Positions 9,780 through 19,960 of a stretch of 46,708 nt of DNA are shown here, one piece after another. The translations under genes were made by a program, and so were the position numbers. Source of the stretch: an uncultured delta proteobacterium (lineage in GTDB: Bacteria > Myxococcota > Myxococcia > Myxococcales > Anaeromyxobacteraceae); NCBI GenBank assembly GCA_963814585.1, contig CAWFDF010000007.1, positions 1 to 46,708 on the forward strand. Direction: 5' to 3'. The notes below the pieces were generated by a model that saw only the letters and a list, made by a program, of their open reading frames with translations, was not told where the DNA came from and made no database searches. Position 1 is the stretch's first letter. Each line of letters starts with the position of its first letter.

Positions 9780-10813
9780 TGGCGGCCAGGGCCCGCGCGC
9801 GGCGGGAGCCGCTCCGGCTCGCTCCAGTCCGGACGGCGCAGGTAGCGCGCCAGCCCGGCGAGGAAGCCGAGCCCGTGCGAGACGTGCAGCAGCGGGAAGA
9901 TGGCCCAGACCCGCAGGACCTGGGCCGCGCCCCCGCCCCGCCCCACCCGCACCGCCTCGGCCCCGGTGAGGCCCACCAGGGCCCCGATCAGCCACGGGGT
10001 GAGCGGGTGGAGGGGCGTGGTGGCGAGAGCCAGGACGCCAGCCGCGACGGCCACCGCCGGGAGCGTCCCACGCACCTGGTGGCGGACGCCGTGCTTGAGC
10101 ACGGTGCGCGCCCGGCCGCGCCCGTAGCGGAAATACTGGCGGGCCAGCGCCTGGAAGGAGTCGCGCGGGTGGTAGCTCACCACGATCTCCCGGGACAGGT
10201 AGACCCGCCCCCCGGCCGCGCGGAGGCGCTGGTTCAGCTCGGCGTCCTCGTTGGTGATGGCCCCGGGGTCGTAGAGGCCCACCTCCTCGAACACCCGACG
10301 CCGGAAGGCGCCGAGGAAGACGGTGTCGACGTACCCCTCCTCGAGGGGCGAGCGGTAGCTGGCCCCGCCGACGCCCAGCGGGCTCTCCAGGGCCGCGCAC
10401 AGGGCGCGCTGGAACGGGCCGGTGGCGCGGGCGCGCTGCGCCCCGCCGACGTTGTCGGCCCCGGTGCGCTCGCTGACCTCGACACAGCGGCGCACGTAGT
10501 CGCCGGCGTACTCACAGTGGACGTCCATGCGCACGATGACGTCGCCCCGGGCCCGGCGGAGGATGGCGTTCATGCCCGGGGCCTGGAGGCGCGCCGGGTT
10601 GTCGAGGAGGACGAGGCGGGGATCCTCGGCCGCCAGTCCGGCCAGCAGGTCCAGGGTGCCGTCGGTCGAGCCGCCGTCGGCGACCAGGACCTCGAGGAGC
10701 TCTCCCGGGTAGTCCTGCGCCAGCACGCCACGCAGGCACGGACCGATGAACCGGGCCTCGTCGAGGCACGGGATGGCGACGGTCACGAAGGGCTTCCGGT
10801 CCGGAGCGCTCAC
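9728..10813 (-). CDS. Glycosyltransferase family 2 (succinoglycan ExoA-like)
   Basis: VAIPCLDE, VADGGSTDGT, RMDVH (DxH), NEDAELN and LARQYFRYGRGR motifs plus C-terminal TM helices. Confidence 0.9.
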   Translation of the reverse strand: MSAPDRKPFVTVAIPCLDEARFIGPCLRGVLAQDYPGELLEVLVADGGSTDGTLDLLAGLAAEDPRLVLLDNPARLQAPGMNAILRRARGDVIVRMDVHCEYAGDYVRRCVEVSERTGADNVGGAQRARATGPFQRALCAALESPLGVGGASYRSPLEEGYVDTVFLGAFRRRVFEEVGLYDPGAITNEDAELNQRLRAAGGRVYLSREIVVSYHPRDSFQALARQYFRYGRGRARTVLKHGVRHQVRGTLPAVAVAAGVLALATTPLHPLTPWLIGALVGLTGAEAVRVGRGGGAAQVLRVWAIFPLLHVSHGLGFLAGLARYLRRPDWSEPERLPPRAGPGRHHGEPTSMSDAWRVPLP

Positions 10814-10869
10814 CAGCGACGGACGGTAGCACGTGGGTCGGCGTGGGGGCCAAGCCCCGGGGAGCGCCG

Positions 10870-10898
10870 TTGACCGCCACCGGGCGCGGTCGTAGATT
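10870..10898 (+). promoter_or_regulatory. Putative sigma70-type promoter for the OPX gene
   Basis: TTGACC (10870-10875), 17 nt spacer, TAGATT (10893-10898). Confidence 0.55.
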
Positions 10899-10970
10899 CC
10901 CTTCACCGCGCGAGCATCAGGCGGGATCCAAATCCGCGGAGTCCCGCGGCGCGCCGGCCTCGGCCAATCG

Positions 10971-11561
10971 ATGAGAAGACTCCTGCCCGTCCTCCTGGTA
11001 TCGCTGGCCGCCTGCGCGACCTCGCGTGGCTACGACTACCGGAAGGAGCCCGACCCCAACCTCATGGAGTACCTGATCGGCCCCTCCGATCTGCTCTCCA
11101 TCCGCGTGTGGAAGAACCCCGACGTGTCGAGTGACGTGACGGTCCGCCCGGACGGGACCATCACCTTGCCGCTGATCGGTGACCTCACCGCCATCGGACG
11201 GACCCCGACGGAGCTGCAGGAGGAGATCACCACGCAGCTCAGCACCTACCTGAAGGGCGAGGGGCTGGTGGTGTCCGTGGCCGTCGCGGCGGCCAACAGC
11301 TACAACTTCACGGTGAGCGGCAACGTCGAGCGGCCCGGGGTCTACACGTCCCAGCGATACCTGACGGTGCTCGAAGCCATCCAGCTCGCCGGCGGGCCAA
11401 ACCGCTTCGCCTCCCCCAGCGACACCAAGCTGTTCCGCCGCCTGAAGCGAACCAGCGCCAAGACGCGCACCATCCCCATCGACTATCCCAGCGTGCTCGA
11501 CGGCAGCCAGCCAGAAGCGAACCTGTTCCTGCTCCCGGGCGACCAGCTGTACGTTCCGTAG
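10971..11561 (+). CDS. Polysaccharide export (OPX/Wza family) lipoprotein, short form
   Basis: Lipobox LAAC; YLIGPSDLLSIRVW..VRPDGTITLPLIG (Poly_export) plus one SLBB domain; ends LLPGDQLYVP* with no C-terminal helix. Confidence 0.9.
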   Translation: MRRLLPVLLVSLAACATSRGYDYRKEPDPNLMEYLIGPSDLLSIRVWKNPDVSSDVTVRPDGTITLPLIGDLTAIGRTPTELQEEITTQLSTYLKGEGLVVSVAVAAANSYNFTVSGNVERPGVYTSQRYLTVLEAIQLAGGPNRFASPSDTKLFRRLKRTSAKTRTIPIDYPSVLDGSQPEANLFLLPGDQLYVP

Positions 11562-11667
11562 CTGGATCGGTCCGCACGCGTCCAGGCTCCGTGGACCGGG
11601 CCCGCACCGCCGCGCTTCGCGGGCCAGGTCCCGTCGCTGGTCCACGAGGAGAGGTCTGCCTGCCGCG

Positions 11668-12135
11668 TCATGGCGGCGTGGTCCAGGCGGCGGAGACCGA
11701 GACCGTCACCACCTCGGCGCGGGCGCAGAGCCGGCCGCCGGCGTGCACCGTGCACTCGACCACGCGCTTGCGCCCCCTGGTCTCCCGGACCCGGGCGCGC
11801 AGCTCCATGGGCTGGTCGATGGGCACCGGCGCCAGGTAGTCGACCTGGAGCGACGCCGTCACCGCCCACAGCGGCGGGCCGCTTCCCACCTCCCGCCCCG
11901 CGGCCCGGTAGAGGTCGGCGATGGCCGTGATGACGGTGTGGCAGTCGATGACCGAGGCGATGATGCCGCCGTAGACGACGTGCGTCGGCCCGGCCATGTG
12001 GTCCGGCGAGGGCTGGAAGCGGCACACCGTCCCGTCGCCCTCCAGGTAGCTCTTGATGTGGAGACCTCGCGGGTTGTCGGGCCCGCACCCCCAGCAGTGG
12101 TTGCCCGGGAGGAGATCCTGAATCGCCTTCACCAT
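11668..12135 (-). CDS. PaaI-family (hot-dog fold) thioesterase
   Basis: HCWGCGPDNPRGL, VVYGGIIASVIDCH and VTASLQVDYLAP motifs; GGAGG Shine-Dalgarno. Confidence 0.85.
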   Translation of the reverse strand: MVKAIQDLLPGNHCWGCGPDNPRGLHIKSYLEGDGTVCRFQPSPDHMAGPTHVVYGGIIASVIDCHTVITAIADLYRAAGREVGSGPPLWAVTASLQVDYLAPVPIDQPMELRARVRETRGRKRVVECTVHAGGRLCARAEVVTVSVSAAWTTPP

Positions 12136-12258
12136 GGTTGCCTCCGGGATCGAGACCAGCGCCAGCAGCGCAGGAGTCTAGTCCCTCCCGGTCACATGGC
12201 GTGCCGGCAGGCGCATGCCCGGCGTCGATCGACCCGGGTCAGCTGGAGGGGAGCGCCT

Positions 12259-12988
12259 TCAATCCGGGCGGCCCTGCGCCGCCAGCCAGGCCCGGCCCGC
12301 CCCGGTGTCGACCCCGGCGCCTTCCAGGCCGGGGAAGATCGACCTCCTCGAGCGTCCTGACGAAGAGATCGCGCCTGGCGGCGTGGGGCAGGACCCCGAC
12401 CTGGAGGAGCGCCGGGTCCTCCCGCGCCGGGTCGACGGGCTGGAAGAAGTCGTCGTCGATGCTGCCGCGGAGCATGGCGGGGAGGAGCGGCCCGAGGAAG
12501 GCGGTCGCTCCCCGCCGGTGCTCGGCGGCGAGGTGGGCCCACCCCAGCCGGGCGTGGACCACCTCGTCCTCGGCCAGCTCGCGAAGCACGGCGCGCAGCC
12601 TCGGCGCCCGGGCCGCCGCCAGCAAGGACGTGAGCACCGCGACGCTGCCGGTCTCGGCCACGCAGCAGGCCGCGACCAGCTCGTAGAGCAGCGCACCCGC
12701 CGCGTCCAGGCCGGCCGGGGCCACCTCGGGTGGCGGCGGGGGCACGCCGGAGACCGGCCGGCCGTGGGCCGCCGCCAGCTCGGCGCAGCGCTCGGCGTGA
12801 CGGCGCTCGTCGCGCGAGGCGCGCCTGGCCATCTCCACCAGGACGGCGCCGGCCGCGGCGCCCTCGAGCCGGTCGGCCAGCCGCGCGAAGCGGACCTCCG
12901 CCTCCAGCTCGACCCGCCAGCGGAACGACCACGCCGCGGCGGCCAGGCCGCGCACCGCCTCCGTCAGCGGTCGGCCGGCGCCGCTCAC
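12259..12988 (-). CDS. Ferritin-like di-iron domain protein (frameshift near 12340)
   Basis: E...DERRH and CCVAE...EDEVVH give two E/ExxH pairs; C-terminus continues as IFPGLEGAGVDTGAGRAWL..* ending at 12259 in another frame. Confidence 0.8.
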
Positions 12989-13278
12989 CAGCCCTTCACG
13001 CCTCCAGCGTCCTCACCCTCGGGCGGCGCCTTCTTCTGGCCGTCCTTCTTGTCTCCGCCCTTGCCGGGAGCGCCCTTGTCCGAGGCCGCCTGGCCGGCGG
13101 CCTCCTTCGCGCCGGGCTTCCCGGGGGCCCCCTTCTCGGCCTTCTCCGGCGTGGGCTTGTCCTCGGCGGCCGCCGCCAGCGGCGCCGCAGCCCCCGCCAG
13201 CGCGAAACCCCCGGCGACCAGGACGCGGAGGAGCTTCCCCACCGCAGGCGACTTCCCGTTCTTCGTGTCTCGCTCCAT
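12985..13278 (-). CDS. Small secreted low-complexity protein (97 aa) ending GGVKGW
   Basis: GGAGG Shine-Dalgarno then ATG 13278; Sec-type signal (KLLRVLVAGGFALAGAAAPLAAAA|ED); Lys/Ala/Gly/Glu-rich body; TGA overlaps the GTG start of the ferritin-like gene. Confidence 0.8.
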   Translation of the reverse strand: MERDTKNGKSPAVGKLLRVLVAGGFALAGAAAPLAAAAEDKPTPEKAEKGAPGKPGAKEAAGQAASDKGAPGKGGDKKDGQKKAPPEGEDAGGVKGW

Positions 13279-13489
13279 GGCTGGACCTCCCGTGGTCCCG
13301 GGTTGCTTAGCGGCGGCCGCCTGATCGCGCCACGAGGGTTTCTCGTCCACGCCCCGTCCCGTGCCATGCCGGCCGCTCGACGGGGACCCGGCGTGAGGCC
13401 CGGCGGCAGGAGAATCCGCTTGCGCGCCGCGCGGCTGCGCTATCGTCCCGGGGCCGGCCGCCGTCACACCCCCCCCTGCGGAGTCCCCC

Positions 13490-14525
13490 ATGGACCTGGT
13501 CTCGATCACGGAGAAGGCCACCCTCATCGATCCGGCCGGGAAGGTCGCCGAGCAGGTGATCGAGCACCGCACCGACCCGCTCACCGGGCAGGTCGCCTCC
13601 GTCAACCTGGCGCTGGGCGAGAAGGCCCGGGCCTTCCTCGGCGTGGCGGACCTCCCGCTCCTCGAGGAGATGCAGGAGAAGAGCCGGGCCGGCTGCCCGT
13701 TCTGCAGCGCGCCGGAGAAGGGCACCCGCTTCGAGGCGGGCTTCGCGCCCGAGGGGCAGCTCCGCTTCGGCGGCGCCCTGGCCATGCCCAACCTCTTCTC
13801 CAAGTGCACCCGCGACTCGGTGGTGGTGCTCGACGTCGCCAACCACGTGCTCTTCCCGTCCCGGATCGGCGCGCCGGCGCTGGCCAACGGGATCCGCGCC
13901 GCGGTGGAGCTGGTGCGGCGGGCCCGCGCCGCCGACCCGCTCGCCGTCCACCACCTGGCGGGCATGAACTTCCTGCCGCCCGGCGGCTCCAGCGTGCCCC
14001 ACCCCCACTTCCAGGTGCACGTGCGCGGCGTCCCCTACTCGGGCGTGACGCGCCTGCTGGAGCGGAGCGCCGCCTGGCGGCTCCGCACCGGCCGCGACTA
14101 CTGGTCGGCGCTGGTCGAGACGGAGCGGGCGGCGGGCGTACGCCACCTCGGGCGCGACGGGCCGGTCGAGTGGCTGGCGGCCTTCGCGCCGTCCCACCAG
14201 CGGGAGGTGTGGGGGCTGGTGCCGGGGACCGGCAGCCTCGTCGAGCTCGACGAGGCCGGGGTGGAGGGGCTGGCGGCCGGGCTGGCCCGGGTGCTCTCCT
14301 TCTACGAGGAGGTGGGCGCCCACCCGTTCACGCTGGCCTTCCTCTCCAGCCCGGAGCCGGGGCGCGGGGGCGAGTACGCGCTGCAGGTGCGGGCCTGCTC
14401 GCGCCCGCCGCTCAGGCCCCTCTACGTCAACCACGAGACCTGGTTCGGGCCCATGTTCGCCGGCGACGAGATGCACACCGAGGCCCCGGAGAGCCTACGC
14501 GGCCAGGCTGCGCCAGCGGTGGTGA
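13490..14525 (+). CDS. Galactose-1-phosphate uridylyltransferase-like protein (HIT superfamily, GalT branch)
   Basis: RTDPLTG, CPFC, PNLF and GGSSVPHPHFQ (HxHxQ) motifs; probable frameshift at about 14490, true end ..YAARLRQRW* at 14525 (track ORF ends 14563). Confidence 0.8.
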
Positions 14526-14659
14526 GCGCCAGTGTCGCCCAGGCCAGGCGCCCCGGGTCATGACGCGTGACGGCGACGAGACGGCCACGGCGGCTCTGGC
14601 ATTCCGTTTCCCGACTCGGCTAGCGTGTGCCCACCGTCGATCGATGAGCGGAGCTCGCC

Positions 14660-17600
14660 GTGGCGAGGAGCGGAGAGGGCGATCCCAGGGAGGCTGGGCC
14701 GCGGGCCGGCGCGCTCTCGGCGCTGCTCCAGGACCTGGCGCGGGCCCCCGACGTCACCGAGGGCGCCGCCTGGGTGGCGGTGCTCCGGCCCGGGGCGCGC
14801 ATCGGGAAGCTCGAGCTGGTGCGCGAGCTCGGCCGCGGCGGCTTCGGCGTGGTCTGGGAGGCCCGCGACCTCGAGCTGGGGCGCCCGGTGGCCTTCAAGG
14901 CGGTCCGCTCCGGAGGCCAGCCCGGCGTCCGGGGGGAGCGGCTGCTGCGGGAGGCGGAGGCGGCCGCCCGGCTCCAGCACCCCAACATCGTCACGCTCCA
15001 CGACGTGGGGCGGGCCGAGCCGGGGCCGTACCTGGTGCTGGAGCTCCTGCGCGGCCGGACGCTGGCCGGACGGCTGGCGGAGGGTCCGCTGCCGCCCGCC
15101 GAGGCGGTCCGCATCGCCGGGGAGGTCTCGAAGGGCGTGGCGCACGCCCACGCCCAGGGGGTGGTCCACCGGGATCTCAAGCCGGAGAACGTCTTCCTCT
15201 GCGACGACCGGCAGGTGAAGGTGCTCGACTTCGGCCTGGCCCACGCCTTCGGCCAGCCCAGGGCCGACGGGGGAACGCCCGGGTACATGGCCCCGGAGCA
15301 GCTGGCCGGGGCGCCGGAGGACGAGCGGACCGACGTCTTCGCGCTCGGGGTCATGCTCCACGAGATGCTCTCGGGGAAGCGCCCGTTCGAGGACGAGAGG
15401 GCGCTCCGCTCGAGGAGCGCCGCCCCGGCGCTGGAGGTGCCGGGCGAGCCGGAGCTGGGCGAGCTGGCCGGGCGGCTGCTGGCCAAGGACCCGCTGGCGC
15501 GGCCCAGGAACGCGGGGGAGGTGCGGGACGCGTTGCTGGCGCTCCAGCGCCCGGCGTCGGCCAGGCCGACCTCCGGCCCGGTCCGGGTCCGGCGCCGGCC
15601 GCTCCTCCGGCTCGCCGCGTTCGTCGCCGCCGGCGTCGCCATCGGCGTGCTCGCCGCGCTCGCGGCCCTCTGGCGGCCGGGCGCCACCGCCCCGCCGGCC
15701 GGGGCCGACGGGCGCGTCGTGGTGGCGGTGGCCGACTTCGCCAACGAGACCAGCGACCCGGATCTCGACGGCCTCTCGGGCCTCCTCATCACCTCGCTGG
15801 CGCAGTCCCCTCGGCTCCAGGTCCTGACCCGGAGCCGGCTCTTCGACCTGGTCCGGCAGGTGGGCCGCGAGCCCGTCGAGCGCATCGACGAGCCGCTGGC
15901 CCGCGAGCTGGGCCGCCGGGCCGGGGCCAAGGTCCTCCTGCTGGCCTCGATCCGCCGCTTCGACGACGTCTACTCGGTCGAGCTGCGGGGGCTCGACCCG
16001 GTCGCCGACGCCTACCTCTTCACCGCCAGGGAGCAGGTCCCGGGCAAGCGTGGCATCCCGGGCCTGGTGGACGCCCTGGCCGTGAGGACCCGGGTCGCCC
16101 TGCGCGAGCCCGAGGCCGAGGTCCGGCGCTCGGGCCTCCGCGTGGCCGAGGCGGTCACCGGCAACCTGGAGGCCTACCGCCACTACTTCCTGGGACTCCA
16201 GCGGATCGACGAGTACCGGTTCGAGGAGGGACGCGCCGAGCTGGTCGAGGCCATCCGCCTCGACCCGGACTTCGCGCAGCCCCACCTCCAGCTCGTCATG
16301 GGCCAGCTCTGGAGCTGGGTCCCTCCCCGGGAGCGCGAGGCCCACCTCGCCGCCGCCCTCTCTCGCGCCGAGCGCCTGCCGGAGACCGACCGGCTCGTCC
16401 TGCTCGCCGAGGAGGCGCTTGCTGCGAGGGCGCCTGGACGAGGCCTACCGGGGCTACCAGCGGGCCCAGGAGAGCTCACCGTCCGACAAGCGCATCCTGC
16501 TCCGGATGTACTGGCTCTCGAGAGGCCTCCGCGGCGACCTGGAGGGGGCGGCCTCGCTCGCGGAGCGCGCCCTGTCGCTGGATCCCAGCTGGCAGCCGGC
16601 CCAGGACGCCCTCGCCATCGCCCTGGTCTTCCGGGGCGAGTTCGGCCGCGCCGAGGCGCTGGCGCGCGAGTGGGCCGAGCGCTGGCCCTCCCCGCTGTCG
16701 CTCGCCGTGCTGAACGGCGTGCTGCTCCACGCGGCCAGGCCGCAGGAGGCGCTCGCCGTGGCCCGCAAGGCCGAGGCGATCGGTGACCCCGGTGGCCTCG
16801 GGGTCCACGTCCTGGCGCGGACGCTGGTCCAGCTGGACCGGTTCGAGGAGGCGGAGGCCGCCCTCCGGAGGCGTGCCGCCGTGAGCCCGGGCAACGCGCT
16901 CGTGGACCGCCTTCAGCCCGAGGTCGCGCTCTACCGGGGGCAGCGGCGGGCGATGCAGCGGATGCTCGACGGGGACCAGGGCCCAGGGGACGCCCCGAGC
17001 GCGATCTCGGTGTTCCTCGCCGCTGGTGACGCCGACGTGGCAGGCGCTCTGGCGCTCGCTCGCCGCGCGCTCCCCGAAGTTCCGGGCGCCTCGGCCGCGG
17101 CGGCCTTCGCCGTCGCCGGGCACGCCGAGGCGGCCGCCGAGCTGCTGGAGAGGCACGTGGCAGGAACGCCCGCCTCGGGCACCGTCCTCCCGCGAGCGGT
17201 CGGGACGATCGTCGAGGCGCTTCGCGCCCGGGACCGCGGCGACGTCGAGGGCGCCCGGCGGATCCTCGACGGCCTGCGGCGGGGGCCGTCCCGGCCGACG
17301 TCGCACGCGGCCTCGTTCGTGCTCGGCCGGATCTGCTTCGAGGCGCGAGACGACGCGTGCGCGGTGGAGGCCTTCGACCAGTTCCAGCGCCACCACTGGC
17401 TCTTCGACGTGAGCGCCTGGGCCTACCCGCGGAGCCTCCTCCTCCGGGCCTCGTCCGAGGAGCGCATGGGCCGGCGCGAGGAGGCCCGGGCGACGGTCGA
17501 GCGGCTCCTGGCCATCTGGAAGCACGCCGACGCGGACCTGCCGCTCCTCGCCGAGGCCAGGGCGCTCCAGGCGCGGCTCGCGGCCGCGCCGTTCCCGGCG

Positions 17601-18992
17601 GCTCCGCCCGCGGCCCCGACCCCCTCCATCGCCGTCCTCCCCTTCGTCGACATGAGCCCGGGCAAGGACCAGGAGTACCTGTCGGAGGGGATCGCGGAGG
17701 AGATCCTCAACGCGCTGGCGCGGGTGGAGGGGCTGCGCGTGGTGGGGCGGACCTCCTCCTGGTACTTCAAGGGGAGGAGCGCCAGGCTCGCCGACGTCGG
17801 CCGCGAGCTGCGGGTCGCTTCGGTCCTGGAGGGCAGCGTCCGGCGCGAGGGCTCGCGCCTGCGGGTCTCGGCCAAGCTCCTCGCCGTCCCCGACGGGCGA
17901 TCGCTCTGGACCGAGACCTACGACCGCGACCTCGGCGACGTCTTCGCGCTCCAGGAGGACGTCGCCAGCCACGTGGCCGTGGCGCTCCGCGGGAGGCTCC
18001 TCCCGGCGAGAGGCGCAGGCGCCGAGCCGCAGCGGACCACGCCGGAGGCGTACCTCCAGTACCTGCTCGGCTACCAGCACTGGGCGCGAGGAGCCGCCGG
18101 CGACATCCCCAGGTCGGTGGAGGCGTTCGAGCGGGCGCTCCAGATCGACCCGGCCTACGCCCCGGCCTGGGCCGGGCTGGCCTGGTCGCTGGAGGCCATG
18201 GCGGAGGGCCAGGACGGCCTCGAGGCCCGCCTCGCCATGAAGCGGCGGGCGCTCGCCTCCGCCGAGAGGGCCGTCGAGCGGGGACCGGACGAGCCCCGCG
18301 CCTACTACGCGCGGGGAGGGCTCCGCGCCTACCACCGGCACGAGTGGCGCGAGGGCCTGGCCGACCTGGAGCGGGCCATCCGGCTCCGGCCGAGCGACGC
18401 GGCCCCTCCACCGCGTCCACGGCTGGATCCTGGGACCGCTCGGCCGCCACCCGGAGGCGATCGCCGCGCTGGGCAGGGCGACCGATCTCGAGCCGCTCGC
18501 GGCGCGTGGCTGGGACATCCTGGCGGGGCTTCTCGTCGATGGCGGGAAGCTCGTGGAGGCGGAGAAGGCGAACCGCAAGGCGCTGTCGATCGCGCCGGGC
18601 CACCCGACGGCGCTGGCCCAGGCCGCCCTGATCCTGCTCCTGGAAGGGCCGTCCCGCCGACGCGCTCCAGGGCGTCGCGAGGGCCGGGCCTGTCGCAGGA
18701 GTCCACGCTGCACATCGAGGCGCTCGCCGAGCACTCGCTCGGCCACGCGGCGGAGTCGAAGCGGGCGCTCGACCAGCTCGTCACGCGCTACTCGACCTCT
18801 GCGGCCTACGACATCGCCTGCGTGCATGCGTGGCGAGGCGAGGCCGACGAGGCCTTCGCCTGGCTCGACCGGGCCGATGCGCAGGTCGACTGGGGCATGG
18901 TGTGGGTGCGCGACGAGGCCTTCCTCCGCCCGCTCCACGGCGATCCGCGCTGGAAGCCGCTGCTGCGCAAGCTGAACCTCCCCGTGGACTGA
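14660..18992 (+). CDS. Membrane Hanks-type Ser/Thr protein kinase with two TolB-like alpha/beta domains and TPR arrays (frameshifts near 16420, 18410, 18650)
   Basis: GRGGFG, VAFK, HRDLKPEN, DFG and GTPGYMAPE motifs; one TM helix; VAVADFANET and SIAVLPFVDMSPGKDQEYLSEG modules each followed by TPRs; ends LHGDPRWKPLLRKLNLP. Confidence 0.85.
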
Positions 18993-19123
18993 AGGCGCGG
19001 AGCCGGGCGTCCCGCCGGATCGGCATTGCAGGGCCGCCCCGGAGCACCTAGGGTCGTCGGCTCATCGAACCGCCGTGGCTCGACGCGAGCACCGGCGCCC
19101 TCGCAGCACCCGCGGGTCTTCCG

Positions 19124-19945
19124 GTGACCGACGACCTCCCCTTCTTCCTCCTCGCCATCGGCCTCGCGGCCCTCGCCTTCCTGCTCGGGCTGATCCTGCG
19201 CCGGGCGGGAGCGGGGCGGCGCGCCGCCGAGGCCGATCGGCTCCGCATCGAGGCCGCCGCTCGCGGGCTGCGCTACGAGGCCGCCACCGGCGCGCCGGCG
19301 CCGGGCCAGAGCCCGGCCGCGGCCGCCGCGCCCGCCGGGGCCCATGTCTTCTCGGGCTCGAGCGCCGGGCTGGCCTGGTCGGCGCTGGTGGAGGCCGACC
19401 TGTACCAGAGGACCTCGGGGAGGCGGCGCGTCCGGGTCCGGCGGACCCGCATCACCTTCCCCGAGGTCACCGCCGCGCCCGGCACCTTCCTGCTGGCCGT
19501 GGCGCTGCCGCCCGGCGTCCAGGTGCCGGAGCTGCCGGCCGGATCCGGGTTCCTCGCCGGGCTGGCCGAGCGCGCCGCCGAGGGCGTGCTCGACCTCTGG
19601 GTCGACGCCTACTTCGGCGCCGGCCACCGGGCCCTGGTGAACGTGGCCGGCGCGGCGCGCCCGGCCGGTCCGCCAGGCCTCTTCGTCCTCTCCACCGACC
19701 AGGCGCTGGCCTCCCGGCTGCTCGGCGTCGAGGGGAGGGCGCTCCTGGCGGCCCTGGACCGGCCTGCCGGCGGACCGGGCGAGCAGGCGGCGCTGCAGGG
19801 CTTCGGCCTGCTGGTCTCGCCCGCCGGGCTCACCTTCGGCTGCCAGGCGGCGCTGAGCGACCCCACGGTGCTCCGCTCCGTGGCGGAGCGGGTGGCCCGC
19901 CTGGCCGCCGCGGCCCGGATCCAGCGCCCGCCGCCCCTCACCTGA
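19124..19945 (+). CDS. Hypothetical protein with an N-terminal membrane anchor
   Basis: 273 aa, G/C-ending codons, N-terminal hydrophobic helix (FFLLAIGLAALAFLLGLIL); no recognised motif. Confidence 0.65.
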   Translation: MTDDLPFFLLAIGLAALAFLLGLILRRAGAGRRAAEADRLRIEAAARGLRYEAATGAPAPGQSPAAAAAPAGAHVFSGSSAGLAWSALVEADLYQRTSGRRRVRVRRTRITFPEVTAAPGTFLLAVALPPGVQVPELPAGSGFLAGLAERAAEGVLDLWVDAYFGAGHRALVNVAGAARPAGPPGLFVLSTDQALASRLLGVEGRALLAALDRPAGGPGEQAALQGFGLLVSPAGLTFGCQAALSDPTVLRSVAERVARLAAAARIQRPPPLT

Positions 19946-19960
19946 AGCCGGCGCCCGGCC

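Noticed and set aside
8315..14612. TGGCAC-like sigma54 -24 boxes near 8315, 8402, 13365 and 14597
   Set aside because: None has a correctly spaced TTGC -12 element.
5638..16713. Long antisense or alternative-frame ORFs (for example 5638-8481, 8301-10400, 12730-16713)
   Set aside because: They are Arg/Pro/Gly/Ala-rich shadows of real genes, expected when stop codons are scarce in very GC-rich DNA.
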